This document shows, in pieces, positions 1 through 9,807 of a stretch of 64,000 bases of DNA; position 1 is the first letter of the stretch, and each line of letters begins with the position of its first letter. The stretch lies in assembly GCA_965223265.1 (NCBI GenBank), contig OZ244999.1, forward strand, positions 1,568,001 through 1,632,000, in the 5' to 3' direction. The notes beneath the pieces are model-generated. The model had not been told where the DNA came from and did not search any database. It worked only from the letters and a program-made list of their open reading frames with translations. This DNA comes from Planctomycetota bacterium. Lineage in GTDB: Bacteria; Planctomycetota; UBA8108; SXIK01. Made by a program: the position numbers and the translations under genes.

Positions 1-366
1 GCGGTGGACGTCGACGCGAATGTCAGCCACGACCTGTTGTCCGACGCGAGCCAGAAGGATCGTCTTCGCGTAGGCACACGCTCCGCCGATTGCGGTCGCG
101 CCAAGAAGCGCGGCGCACGAGAGCAGAAGCAGAGTGGTGCGGGAATCCTGCAGGGAACGAGGAAGAAGGTCGAGCGGTTGAGCGAGAATCACTTGATCGA
201 TCACAACCTTGATCGGCCACGGTCGCAGCATCTCGAAGACGATGAAGCCAAACGTCGCAAGGGCTGCGAGCGCCAGCGATGACCGGTAGGGGCGAGCATA
301 AGGCCAAAGTCGGCGAAACGCCGCTGCCATCAACTGTCGGCGGGAGCTCGCTCCGGCATCGTTCAC
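1..366 (-). CDS. ABC exporter permease/ATP-binding protein (MsbA-like), N-terminal part, runs off window edge
   Basis: Not in the ORF track. Manual translation from GTG at 366 (GTGA overlap with upstream stop) gives MNDAG...FRRLWPYARPYRSSLALAALATFGFIVFEMLRPWPIKVVIDQV...LLARVGQQVVADIRVDVHR, typical of ABC_membrane N-termini. Confidence 0.85.
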   Translation of the reverse strand, partial: MNDAGASSRRQLMAAAFRRLWPYARPYRSSLALAALATFGFIVFEMLRPWPIKVVIDQVILAQPLDLLPRSLQDSRTTLLLLSCAALLGATAIGGACAYAKTILLARVGQQVVADIRVDVHR

Positions 367-1724
367 GGCGATCTGTCTCCAATCGCATCGGCGACATGAC
401 TCTTTGTCCCGTGGTGCGCAACGCGCGACAGTTTCTCGGCCGCTGGTCGAGAGATGCTGTCGTCGTGGCTGGGGTCGACGTCGCCCGATTGGGTAGAATC
501 CCAGCCGAGAAGTTCGAGTAACTCACTCGCTAGGCGCCGCCACGTGAAGCGATGGAGCGCGTAGCGTTGAGCTCGAGCAGCGAGCGCCAACCGTCGCGGT
601 GTGTCGTCGACAAGACGGTGGAGCGCGGAGACGAAAGCCTCGACGCAGCTAGGTGCGAACAGCTCGACGAGTGGCTGATCGGGGTTTCCCGCAACGATCT
701 CTCGCACCGGCTCCGTGTCGCTGGCGAGCACCGCCGTGCCGGCTGCCATGGCCTCGACGATCTTGAGCGGCGAGAAATATGTTGGGCTCTCCTTGGTGTA
801 AGGGGCGACGGCGATGTCGGCGGCGCGAAGAATGCCGGGGATCGACTCGTGAGGCACTGCGCCGTCGAAGACGATCGTGCCGCGTTGATTTCTTGCGTAC
901 TCGCGGACGACGTTTTTGAGCGGTCCATCGCCGACGATCCAAAGGCCGAGTCGCCGCGACTTGGCGGCCATGTGGAACGCATCGAGGAGAAAATCTATTC
1001 CGTGCCACGGTTTGAGAGAGCCGGCGAACACGAGCACTGTCCGGCCGCGAAGGGATTCAGGAACGTTTGCGGCTCTGGAACCATCGGCCTTGGAACTATC
1101 GGTTTTGGAAGCCTCGACGAAGGCGTCTCCGACGCCGTTGTGAAAGACCCGGATACGCTCCCGCTCCACTCCTTCGTCCTCGAGCAGGCGTGCCAGAACG
1201 TCGGAGACAGCGATGACCCAATCGGCGGAGAGGAGCGTATCGCGTGCCAAACCGCGTGCTCCGGCCGACAATTCAAGTCCGCGGAAGGCGGAAGCTTCGA
1301 ACCATAGAGGTGAGTTGACTTCGAGTATGTGCGGGATTTGTGCGGTGCGTGCGTAGACGGATCCCGCGATCCCGAAGAGGGAGAAGCGTTCGTAGACCGC
1401 GTCGTGTGGCCCACGGGAGCGGAGTGCATCGAACACGACAGACTGATTCGCCAGCAATCTCGTCTCTCGTTCGAGGAGCGATTTTGATTTCGCCGCGAGA
1501 CTGAGAGTGACGGCCTGATTGGGCTCGGAGTGCTGAAACCGTCGCGCCATATGGATGTCGAGGTCGACACCGCGGCAGGCGAGCGCATGGGCCATCTCGC
1601 GAAAGTGCACCGACGCTCCCTTGGTGCCATCGGGGGGGATTCCCGGGTCAGTCGTCATGTAAGCGAGCCGAGGTCGTTCGACGGGGTGGTGCCCCCTTTC
1701 TCCCGGTGGTTGCGCGCTGCTCAC
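363..1724 (-). CDS. Glycosyltransferase family 4 (GT-B)
   Basis: KGASVH, YERFSLF, LEVNSPL, FAGSLKPWHG and YFSPLKIVEAMAAG motifs; stop/start overlaps with both neighbours. Confidence 0.92.
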   Translation of the reverse strand: MSSAQPPGERGHHPVERPRLAYMTTDPGIPPDGTKGASVHFREMAHALACRGVDLDIHMARRFQHSEPNQAVTLSLAAKSKSLLERETRLLANQSVVFDALRSRGPHDAVYERFSLFGIAGSVYARTAQIPHILEVNSPLWFEASAFRGLELSAGARGLARDTLLSADWVIAVSDVLARLLEDEGVERERIRVFHNGVGDAFVEASKTDSSKADGSRAANVPESLRGRTVLVFAGSLKPWHGIDFLLDAFHMAAKSRRLGLWIVGDGPLKNVVREYARNQRGTIVFDGAVPHESIPGILRAADIAVAPYTKESPTYFSPLKIVEAMAAGTAVLASDTEPVREIVAGNPDQPLVELFAPSCVEAFVSALHRLVDDTPRRLALAARAQRYALHRFTWRRLASELLELLGWDSTQSGDVDPSHDDSISRPAAEKLSRVAHHGTKSHVADAIGDRSP

Positions 1725-2971
1725 GGTGCGACTCCGGCGGCACCGACAGGTTGGCGTTCGGCGAACAGTGCGGCCAGTCGCCCGACGTTGCGGCGTAAAT
1801 CGAATTCCGCCTCGGCGCGACGTCTGCCGTTTTCTGCCAGCTGCCGGCGGCGCTCATCGTCGCGTAAGAGGCTGGAGATCGCTGCGCTCAGCGAGGCAAC
1901 GTCGTCGCACGGCACGATCACCCCAGCGTCCCCACCGGCAAGGATTTCCTCGACACCTGCGACCGGGGTGCTGACGACCGGAAGGCCCGCAGCGAGCGCC
2001 TCGAGGAGGATCGTTGGCAGCGCGTCACGATTGCCGTCGTTTCCGACTGTGCACGGTAGTGCTGTTAACGTCGCCTGCGAGAGCAAGTCCCGCACCTCGT
2101 CGTGCGTGCGCGCACCGAGCAGCTCGACGTTGGTAGCGCCGGTCTCCTCCGTGAGCTTCTCGAGTCGCTCTCGCTCCTCGCCCTCGCCGACGATGAGGAC
2201 GCGGAGCTTCGGATGCGCTTTCGCCAACCGCGCCGAGGCACGGATGAGGACGTGGAAGCCTTTCTTTTCGACCAGTCGGCCAACACCCAGGACGATCTGG
2301 GGAGTCGCCTCGGTGACGTGCGGGGCGTCGCGCGCATCGGGATGGAAGACGTTGAGATCGACGCCGTTGTAGAGACGCTTCACGTCGAGAGTGGTACCCC
2401 GCAGCAACTTCTCGCGCACGTGGGCTTGGTTGGCGTCGCACACGGTCACGGCGAAGCTTGCGTCGCGCACCAGCCGTTGAAACGCCTTGGGGTTGACCGT
2501 GTCGCGATAGATATCTTTGGCATGGCACGTGAACGAGTAAGGCTGACCTGTGATGGCGTGCGCTACACGAGCGACTTGCGTCGCCACAGTGGCGAAGTGA
2601 GCATGCAAGTGTTCGATACCGCGCCTTTGCGCCTCAATGGCGAGCAAGACGCCCCAGCGCAGCCTGGGCCACGGGTTGTCTGGGTGTTCGTCAAGAAGTT
2701 CGGCGAGAACCTCAAAGATCTCATCGCGGCGGCTGCGAAACAGATCGATGTGCGCGCCCAGCGTCCGTGCCATCGACGCAGCCTTCGGGTCCGGCATGTA
2801 GACGACGGAACCTTTGAATTCGCAGACGCCTGGATGAAACAGGCCGTCGTCGGGGCGATGGATCGAGAAGACGGTGACGTTATGTCCCCGCCGCTCGAGT
2901 TCGAGAAGTTCGTTGAGGATGAACGTCTCCGAGAGGCGCGGATATTTCTTTAGGACGTAACCGATGTTCAC
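1721..2971 (-). CDS. Glycosyltransferase family 4 (WcaL-like)
   Basis: YPRLSETFI, HLHAHFA, HAKDIY, GRLVEKKG and DALPTILLEALAAG motifs. Confidence 0.93.
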   Translation of the reverse strand: MNIGYVLKKYPRLSETFILNELLELERRGHNVTVFSIHRPDDGLFHPGVCEFKGSVVYMPDPKAASMARTLGAHIDLFRSRRDEIFEVLAELLDEHPDNPWPRLRWGVLLAIEAQRRGIEHLHAHFATVATQVARVAHAITGQPYSFTCHAKDIYRDTVNPKAFQRLVRDASFAVTVCDANQAHVREKLLRGTTLDVKRLYNGVDLNVFHPDARDAPHVTEATPQIVLGVGRLVEKKGFHVLIRASARLAKAHPKLRVLIVGEGEERERLEKLTEETGATNVELLGARTHDEVRDLLSQATLTALPCTVGNDGNRDALPTILLEALAAGLPVVSTPVAGVEEILAGGDAGVIVPCDDVASLSAAISSLLRDDERRRQLAENGRRRAEAEFDLRRNVGRLAALFAERQPVGAAGVAP

Positions 2972-3017
2972 GGCGAGCCTCCTTGCGGTAGCGGGGAGAA
3001 AAAAACCCTCTGGGACG

Positions 3018-4340
3018 TCATATCGACGAAGCTTTCGCTGCCTCCACGCGTTCAGTCAGGAGTGCCGCCGCGACGTCGGCGCCGTTGAACGTGAAGCCGC
3101 AAGCCGTCGGCTCTGGGGGAGGGGAATCGAGCCGTTCGCTGATGGCCTGGGCGATGGCGCTGGGATTTTGAAGATCGTCGGGTCGTAAAACTTTCGCGAG
3201 TCCGAGTCGCTCCAAACGTGTGGCGCGCTCGAGCTGTTCTTCGCGTGGCGTACAGCGTGGTGTGATGAGAAGACGCTTCTTGAATGCCAACGCTTCGTAG
3301 ACAGAGTTGTAGCCGCCCATCCCGATGATCAAATCTGCGGCGGCGACGAGCTCTTCCAAGTCGCGCCGTGTCCGCATGAGTGAAAGCCGGGGGTCGCGCC
3401 GTGTGACACGTTCGAGTCGTTGGCGTTTCGAACAGCTCATGAGAGGGCCTGTGACGATGTCCGCCGAGAGGTTGCGATGGCGCAGAGGGCCTCGAAGCGC
3501 CGCGATCGTCGCCCGCAGGACGCCGTATGCATCGCCTCCTCCTCCGGCGCAGACGAGAAGACGTGGCGAGCCTGCGAGAGGCTCAACATGCGGGTCAGCG
3601 AGGGTCGGCGACGCTGGTGGCGACACGATTCCGACGTACGTGAGTTTGTCTGCGAGCGATTGCGGCAGGTCGTATTCTTGGGCGACGTCGAAGAACTCGC
3701 GCAGCCCGTAGACAACGATGTCATCGTAGAGCTGCATCCATTCGAGAGTCTTTCCGGAGAGCTCGAGCTTGCCGCGATGAGGCGAGTCGATGATGTCGCG
3801 CATGCCGAGGACGACGCGGGCTGCAGGGTCGCGCCCTTGTGCGGCACGCAGGGGTGCGATCAATTCGCCGAGAACGCCGCCGGGGGCATGGTCGACGACG
3901 ACGAGGTGTGGCCGAAACTCAGTCCAAGCGGCAAGAATGATCTCTTGTCGTAGAGTGAGCGCTTTATCTGCTGACAATCCGAGACGCCTGGGAACGTAGT
4001 CGCCGCGGCCGTCCTTGGTGAACGAGGGGAGTTTGATGAAGTCGGTGCGATGCGGCAGTCGGAACAGGTCAGGGCGCGGCGAACCGGTGACGCAAAGGAT
4101 GGTTGTCTCCGGATTGCGGTCGGCGAGTGCCTGCGCAACAAGAGTCGTGCGGCGGTAGTGCCCGAGGCCGTACGAGTCGTGGCTGAACAGGAGGACGCGG
4201 CTTGCCGGACGCGGGAGACGGAGGCGGCTCTTCGTTGTCCTGCGCTTTTCGGGCGGAGCCTGAGCGATCCTCGGTGACTCCAGAGTCGCGTCGTTTCGTG
4301 CAACTCGTCGGTCGGCGGGGGCGTGAGTTTCAAGTGTCAC
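3018..4340 (-). CDS. Predicted glycosyltransferase (COG4671-type, GT28 C-terminal domain)
   Basis: SHDSYGLGHYRR, VVDHAPGG, GMRDIID, AGGGGD, MGGYNS and EQLERA motifs. Start moved to GTG 4340 (GAGG upstream) because a promoter lies at 4449-4477. Confidence 0.85.
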   Translation of the reverse strand: MTLETHAPADRRVARNDATLESPRIAQAPPEKRRTTKSRLRLPRPASRVLLFSHDSYGLGHYRRTTLVAQALADRNPETTILCVTGSPRPDLFRLPHRTDFIKLPSFTKDGRGDYVPRRLGLSADKALTLRQEIILAAWTEFRPHLVVVDHAPGGVLGELIAPLRAAQGRDPAARVVLGMRDIIDSPHRGKLELSGKTLEWMQLYDDIVVYGLREFFDVAQEYDLPQSLADKLTYVGIVSPPASPTLADPHVEPLAGSPRLLVCAGGGGDAYGVLRATIAALRGPLRHRNLSADIVTGPLMSCSKRQRLERVTRRDPRLSLMRTRRDLEELVAAADLIIGMGGYNSVYEALAFKKRLLITPRCTPREEQLERATRLERLGLAKVLRPDDLQNPSAIAQAISERLDSPPPEPTACGFTFNGADVAAALLTERVEAAKASSI

Positions 4341-4442
4341 AGCGGGAGCCTCGACGGGGAATGGGTGATCAAGGGCGAGCGCGCTGCGTGACCGTGACGA
4401 CGGCAGGGCGAACGACCGTGGTCTCCGGTCGCCCCTCGCAGA

Positions 4443-4477
4443 TTTGGGAATATATTCCCAAAACAATCTGGAGTCAA
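4443..4477 (-). promoter_or_regulatory. Sigma70-type promoter (TTGACT-N17-TATATT) overlapped by a perfect 20-bp palindromic operator
   Basis: Minus strand: TTGACT at 4477-4472, 17-nt spacer, TATATT at 4454-4449. TTTGGGAATATATTCCCAAA at 4443-4462 is its own reverse complement and is AT-rich in a GC-rich background. Confidence 0.75.
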
Positions 4478-4796
4478 GTGATTCTAGGAGCTTTCCTGCT
4501 TTGGCAGGCTGCTAAGGCCTTTCGAACCGTCGCCGAGTGTGGCGCGGTGCCCGGTGCCCATCGCCGGCCGTCGTGGCGATCTGGGCGGTGTCGTCGTCCC
4601 AGGGCGGACTCGATAGCTAGTTGAGAGCCGCGCCGTGCGATTTACGCTGTCGGCGGAGACGATCGCGCTACGGCGACGGGAGCGCTGAACGGATACGATT
4701 CAGCGCACTGAATACTTACCACGACCCGGGGGATTGAGGTTTGGACGACGGGGTGTGATGGGGCGAGGAGCGACGTCGGCCGAGTCGCCACTCGAA

Positions 4797-5345
4797 TCAT
4801 GCGTCGACGACGATGGTGTCGGCGATGAAATCGTGGATGCACCTTTTGTCGCGGCGAAAGATGAAGAGCAGATCAACGAAGATCAAAAGGTTGAGTCCAG
4901 GCACGATAGCCAGAATCCATAGCGGCACAACTCGTCGCGTAAAGATGCGTCCAAGTGTGGCTTGGCTACCGTCCGAGCGCACGATCTTGATGCTCAAAAC
5001 AGCCTTTCCCAGAGTTTGGGCTCGTGTGTGGAGAAGGTACCCATGGAAGAGCAGAAAAAGAACCAAGCCCACACAGTTGAGACCGAGATCGCGATTGAAG
5101 TCTGGCTTGATAGCCGGGAAATCGTCATACAACCCCGCCCACAGCGCGATCGGAAACACTACGGAGGACATGATCAAGGAGTCGATGAGCGCTGCCCCCA
5201 GTCGTCTCATGCGAGTGGCGAGTCGGTGTTGTTGATCCTCGTCGACGCTCGCAAGCTGTTCGGGCGCCGAATACGGGTTCTCCTCGTTGCCAGAAGTGGC
5301 GTCATGCAGTTCATTCGTCACAGAGGATGCCCTCGATATGTTCAC
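4797..5345 (-). CDS. RDD family membrane protein
   Basis: NPYSAP, RRLGAALID, QTLGK...IKIV and KRCIHDFIADTIVV motifs. Confidence 0.92.
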   Translation of the reverse strand: MNISRASSVTNELHDATSGNEENPYSAPEQLASVDEDQQHRLATRMRRLGAALIDSLIMSSVVFPIALWAGLYDDFPAIKPDFNRDLGLNCVGLVLFLLFHGYLLHTRAQTLGKAVLSIKIVRSDGSQATLGRIFTRRVVPLWILAIVPGLNLLIFVDLLFIFRRDKRCIHDFIADTIVVDA

Positions 5346-5382
5346 CGGACGGTGGAGCGGGGGTCAGAGAGTCCCCGAATCC

Positions 5383-6747
5383 CTAAACCAGCTCGCGCAT
5401 CGGATCGTGGTGATCGATCAGGTACTGCGGCCGGCCATTGTGGTCCGGAATCGTCGTCGTCGTGACATCGATTCCCAGCGCCTGATAGACCGTCGCGAAC
5501 ACTTCTTGCATGTGGACGGGGCGATCGAGCGCGGCTTCTGCAAGCCGGTTCGTCGACCCGATGACCTGCCCGGTTTTCAGACCGCCGCCGGCGAGAAGTG
5601 CTGCGTGAACACGCGGCCAGTGGTCGCGTCCGGCACTCTTGTTGATGCGTGGCGTGCGCCCGAACTCGCCCCAGACGAGGACGGTCACGTCGCGATCGAG
5701 ACCTCGTTGATGGAGGTCGTCCACCAAAGCGGCGACGCCCTGGTCGAGTAGCGGCACGACCTTGCGCGCACTCGAGAAGTTGCCGCCATGCCAGTCAAAG
5801 TGGGCGAAGCTGCAGGTGACGCATCGCGCTCCCGCCTCGACGGCTCGCCGCGCCATGAGGAAGCGCGACATGAGCGCCTGGTAGCCCATGCTGAGCGAGT
5901 AGCCGAGCACCTTGGGATCGTCGATGCCGTAGCGCTCGCGGACCTTGACATCCTCTCGCTCAAGGTCGAGCGCTTCGACGAGCTTTGATGACGTCAGCAC
6001 GCCCAGGGCCTGCTCCGTATAGGTGTCGTAGCCGCCGCCAGCGCTCGCCTGCTGATCGACGTCGCGCCGAAACCGATCGAGCGACGCCAGCAGTTGGCCG
6101 CGCGCTCCGAAGCGCTTCGAACTCACGCCCTCGACGAGCTTCATGTTCTCGATCGTCTCGCCGTCCGGGCGGAACGGGGCGTGCGCGTGGCCCAGGAAGC
6201 CGGGCCCTTTGATGTTCCATGGGTTGTGCGCCATCTTCAGCGATAGATCGACGTAGGGCGGTACCGACTGATCGACCGGGCCGTAGAGGCGCGAAAGGCT
6301 GGAACCCATCGATGGCCAGCCTCCGGGAGGCTGCGGGCTGCCAGCGTGACGGCCCGTGCAGCACTCGAACGCGTCGTGGCGACCGTCGGAGCCGACGAGT
6401 GAACGGATGATGGCAAACTTGTCCATCATCGACGCGACTCGCGGCATGAGCTCGCTGATTTCGATCCCCGGCACGTTCGTCTTGATCGGGTTGAACTCGC
6501 CGCGGAATTCGCGCGGTGCATCCGGCTTCAAATCGAACATGTCCTGGTGCGGGGCGCCGCCTGCCAGGAAGATCATGATCACGGATTTATGCGACGGTCG
6601 CGACGCTGTGCGTGCGCTCGCGGCGCTCTCGGCGCGGAGGATCTGCGGCAGCGACAAGCCGCCCATCGCCAGGCCGCCAATCTGTAAAAAAGATCGGCGC
6701 GGCAGCCGGTCGCACAGTGTGATGGGTTGGCCTTCGATCCTCAGCAT
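5383..6747 (-). CDS. DUF1501 domain protein with Tat-like N-terminus
   Basis: RRSFLQIGGL, FLAGGAPHQDMFDLKP and WGEFGRTP...GRDHWP motifs. Confidence 0.93.
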   Translation of the reverse strand: MLRIEGQPITLCDRLPRRSFLQIGGLAMGGLSLPQILRAESAASARTASRPSHKSVIMIFLAGGAPHQDMFDLKPDAPREFRGEFNPIKTNVPGIEISELMPRVASMMDKFAIIRSLVGSDGRHDAFECCTGRHAGSPQPPGGWPSMGSSLSRLYGPVDQSVPPYVDLSLKMAHNPWNIKGPGFLGHAHAPFRPDGETIENMKLVEGVSSKRFGARGQLLASLDRFRRDVDQQASAGGGYDTYTEQALGVLTSSKLVEALDLEREDVKVRERYGIDDPKVLGYSLSMGYQALMSRFLMARRAVEAGARCVTCSFAHFDWHGGNFSSARKVVPLLDQGVAALVDDLHQRGLDRDVTVLVWGEFGRTPRINKSAGRDHWPRVHAALLAGGGLKTGQVIGSTNRLAEAALDRPVHMQEVFATVYQALGIDVTTTTIPDHNGRPQYLIDHHDPMRELV

Positions 6748-7015
6748 ACGATTCGCTCCGAAAAGTCAGCCCGCGCCGTCGTTCCGGGGACGGCGATTTC
6801 TTCCGCATGCCAGGCTAACATCACCGTCACCGCGACTGCAATCGGAGATTAGGGCGGGGCTTACAGAATTTGTAGTCCCTCGGCGCCCAATTTGAGCTGC
6901 CGGGCGCGGGGCGGGTGGCGCCGCGCCCGGCAGAGCTTGAAATCAATCGGGCCGTCCGGCAGCTTAGAAGCTCCCCAGATCGAGTCGAGCCACGCGAGCA
7001 CCGGAGCCACGCGCC

Positions 7016-8383
7016 ATGAGCGACCACCACGAACCGCAGCCGTCCTCGCCGCCGGCGGCGACGGCGAGTTTTTCCCGTCGCCGTTTGCTAGCCGCTGGTG
7101 CGGCGGGACTTGCAGGCAGTGTCGGCGGTGCCCTCTCGACTTTCGGCACAGCGCGCCCCGCGAGTGCGGCGCCGGCGGCGACGCGGCCGCAGATTGCTGC
7201 GCTCGTGACTGAGTATCGCAAGTATTCGCACGGGCAAAACATCGTCGACCGCTTTCTCGGCGGCTACGGTTGGGAGAGCGGCTGGCGTCATCCAGAGATG
7301 GATGTCGTGGCGCTCTACGTCGATCAGTTTCCAGAGTCCGACCTCAGCCGCGAGCGTGTGGCTCGCTACCCTGGGCTGAAGCTGTACCCGTCCATCGAGG
7401 CGGCACTCACGCAAGGCGGCAAGCGCTTGGCGGTCGACGGCGTTCTCCTGATCGCCGAGCACGGGCGGTACCCCAAGAACGAGAAGGGGCAGACGCTTTG
7501 GCCGCGCTACGAGTTTTTCCGCCAGACTGTCGACGTCTTCCGGGCCAGCCGGCGCAGCGTCCCGCTCTTCTGCGACAAGCACCTGTCGTGGAAGTGGGAG
7601 TGGGCCAAGGAGATGGTGGACACCAGCCACGAGCTCGGCTTTCCGATGTTTGCGGGATCATCTTTGCCGGTCTGTCGTCGCATCCCCTCGATCGATTTGC
7701 CCTGGGGCGCGGAGGTTGAAGAAATCGTCAGCGTCGGTGTCGGCGGCATCGACGGCTATGACATCCACTCGCTCGAGGCGATGCAGTGTCTCGTCGAGAG
7801 ACGTCGCGGGGGTGAAACCGGTGTCGTGTGGATCGAAGCGCTACGCGGCGATCGCGTTTGGGAGGCGATGCGTGCTGGTTCTTTCGCGCAGGGCGGGTGG
7901 GATCCACGTCTCTTCGAGGCGTGCCTGTGCCGGAGCCTGACGCTCAAGCCCGCCGATGAGACGCGACGCCACACCTATCCGACGCCGGAGGAGATTCCAC
8001 ATCTCGTTGACTCGCCGCCTGTCGCCTATCGCTTCGAATACGCCGACGGCTTGCGTGCGACCATGCTGCTCGTCGAAGGGCTCGTCGGCGACATCACGGC
8101 CGCCGCGCGTCTGAAAGGCGAGCGCGATCCCTTCTCGGTGCTGTTCTATCTCGGCGCAGGACATGGCACGCAGCCGAATTTCTTCAATCCGCTCAGTCTC
8201 CACATGGAGAACCTCATCGCCACCGGCAAGTCCCCGTATCCAGTGGAGCGGACGCTGCTGACGACCGGACTGACAGCAGCCGGTGTCGAATCGCTGTGGC
8301 GTGGGCAGAAGCGCATGGAGACGCCACACCTGGCGGCGGTGCAGTATCAAGTAGGCAAAGAATCGACGTTTCGGAGAACGTGA
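7016..8383 (+). CDS. Conserved planctomycete hypothetical protein with Tat signal (possibly Gfo/Idh/MocA-like fold)
   Basis: SRRRLLAAGAAGLAG signal; DGVLLIAEHG, DKHLS, AGSSLPV, PYPVERTLL motifs shared with the next gene. Confidence 0.8.
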   Translation: MSDHHEPQPSSPPAATASFSRRRLLAAGAAGLAGSVGGALSTFGTARPASAAPAATRPQIAALVTEYRKYSHGQNIVDRFLGGYGWESGWRHPEMDVVALYVDQFPESDLSRERVARYPGLKLYPSIEAALTQGGKRLAVDGVLLIAEHGRYPKNEKGQTLWPRYEFFRQTVDVFRASRRSVPLFCDKHLSWKWEWAKEMVDTSHELGFPMFAGSSLPVCRRIPSIDLPWGAEVEEIVSVGVGGIDGYDIHSLEAMQCLVERRRGGETGVVWIEALRGDRVWEAMRAGSFAQGGWDPRLFEACLCRSLTLKPADETRRHTYPTPEEIPHLVDSPPVAYRFEYADGLRATMLLVEGLVGDITAAARLKGERDPFSVLFYLGAGHGTQPNFFNPLSLHMENLIATGKSPYPVERTLLTTGLTAAGVESLWRGQKRMETPHLAAVQYQVGKESTFRRT

Positions 8384-9582
8384 TGGCCGGCGCGCAGCGA
8401 AAGAAGTTGGCGATCGTGACGACGTTCTGGGACTGGCGGAGCCACGCCAATCACATGAGCGAGCGCTTCCTCAGCGGCTATCCGCGCGATGGCAAGTGGC
8501 ACCGCCCGGCGATGGATGTCGTCAGCGCGTTCGTCGACCAGCAGCCCGAGGATGACGATCTCAGCCGACAGCGCGCCAAGGAGCACAACTTCAAGATCTA
8601 TCCGACGATCGCCGAAACGCTGCGGGTCGGCGGTGACAAACTTGGCGTCGATGCGGTTCTTTTAATCGCCGAGCACGGCGACTATCCGGACAACGAGAAG
8701 GGGCAGAAACTCTATCCACGCTACGAGTTTTTCTCGGAGATCGTCGACGTATTCCGAGCCGACGGACGTGCCGTCCCGGTCTTCAACGACAAACACCTTT
8801 CGTACAGCTTCGAAAAAGCAAAGCGCATGGTGGAAGCGTCGAAGGAGCTTGAGTTTCCATTTCTTGCCGGCTCATCGCTCCCGGTGACGTTTCGCTTACC
8901 ACCGGTTGAGCTGCCGATGGAGTGCGAGCTCGAAGACGCACTCATGATCGGAGTCGGCGGCTCGGATGCGATGGACTACCACGCGCTCGAGGCGATGCAG
9001 TGCATGGTCGAGCGGCGCCGCGGCGGTGAGACGGGCGTGAAGGCAGTGCAGCTGATCGACGGCAGTGAAGTGTGGCGCGCCGGAAAGGATGGTCGCTGGT
9101 CGCGGCGGCTCCTCGAGGCGGCGACGGCGCGCTCGGATTCGCGCAGCGGCATTGGCAAGAGCGATGGACGGCCGCAGAATTGGGCGCACAGCGGTGAGCT
9201 CGAGGAGCTCGTGGAGAGCCCCGCTGCGTACTTCATTGAGTACAACGATGGTTTTCGCGCCACGCTGTTGATGCTCAACGGCGCGGTGCAGGATTTCACG
9301 TTTGCTGCGAAGGTGCGGGGCGTCTCTGATCTGCAGTCGACCCAGTTCTTGTTGCCGCCGCGACCGAACGTGACCTATTCCGCGTGCCTCATGGGAAAGG
9401 TCGAGGAGATGATCCTCGAGAACCGCGCGCCGTATCCGGTGGAGCGCACGCTGCTCGTCAGTGGTACGCTGGAGCGTTGCCTGCAGTCGCGACTGCAGGG
9501 GCACCGGCGCATTCTCACCCCAGAGCTGGACGTGACCTATCGCGCGCCTGCGGCATCCCAGTTTTGCGCCGCTCTGGGCTAA
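8383..9582 (+). CDS. Paralog of the preceding protein, without a signal peptide
   Basis: TGATG stop/start overlap at 8381-8385; DAVLLIAEHG, NDKHLS, AGSSLPV, PYPVERTLL motifs. Confidence 0.8.
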   Translation: MAGAQRKKLAIVTTFWDWRSHANHMSERFLSGYPRDGKWHRPAMDVVSAFVDQQPEDDDLSRQRAKEHNFKIYPTIAETLRVGGDKLGVDAVLLIAEHGDYPDNEKGQKLYPRYEFFSEIVDVFRADGRAVPVFNDKHLSYSFEKAKRMVEASKELEFPFLAGSSLPVTFRLPPVELPMECELEDALMIGVGGSDAMDYHALEAMQCMVERRRGGETGVKAVQLIDGSEVWRAGKDGRWSRRLLEAATARSDSRSGIGKSDGRPQNWAHSGELEELVESPAAYFIEYNDGFRATLLMLNGAVQDFTFAAKVRGVSDLQSTQFLLPPRPNVTYSACLMGKVEEMILENRAPYPVERTLLVSGTLERCLQSRLQGHRRILTPELDVTYRAPAASQFCAALG

Positions 9583-9807
9583 GCGGCATGGCGGGGGCCG
9601 CCCTTGGTCGTCACTAAGTGATGGTGAATAGGCTCGTGAGAACACGAATTCGTGCATCTCGGGCATGTCCAATTGCGGAAGGGCTGTGTAAAAAGCGGTG
9701 AGAAGCCAATTCACGAACCTCGCAGAGCTCTGGAAACCGGTCAACCTGGTCAGGGACTCGCGGTACAATCGTCGGCGATCCGATCGTCTTGAGACTTGCC
9801 GAACATC

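Noticed and set aside
4341-4466. Longer N-terminus of the first glycosyltransferase
   Set aside because: It would start inside the predicted promoter/operator; GTG 4340 has an RBS-like GAGG
6897-6933. Perfect 13-bp GC hairpin in a divergent intergenic region
   Set aside because: No U-tract, single copy in the window; cannot be called a terminator or REP
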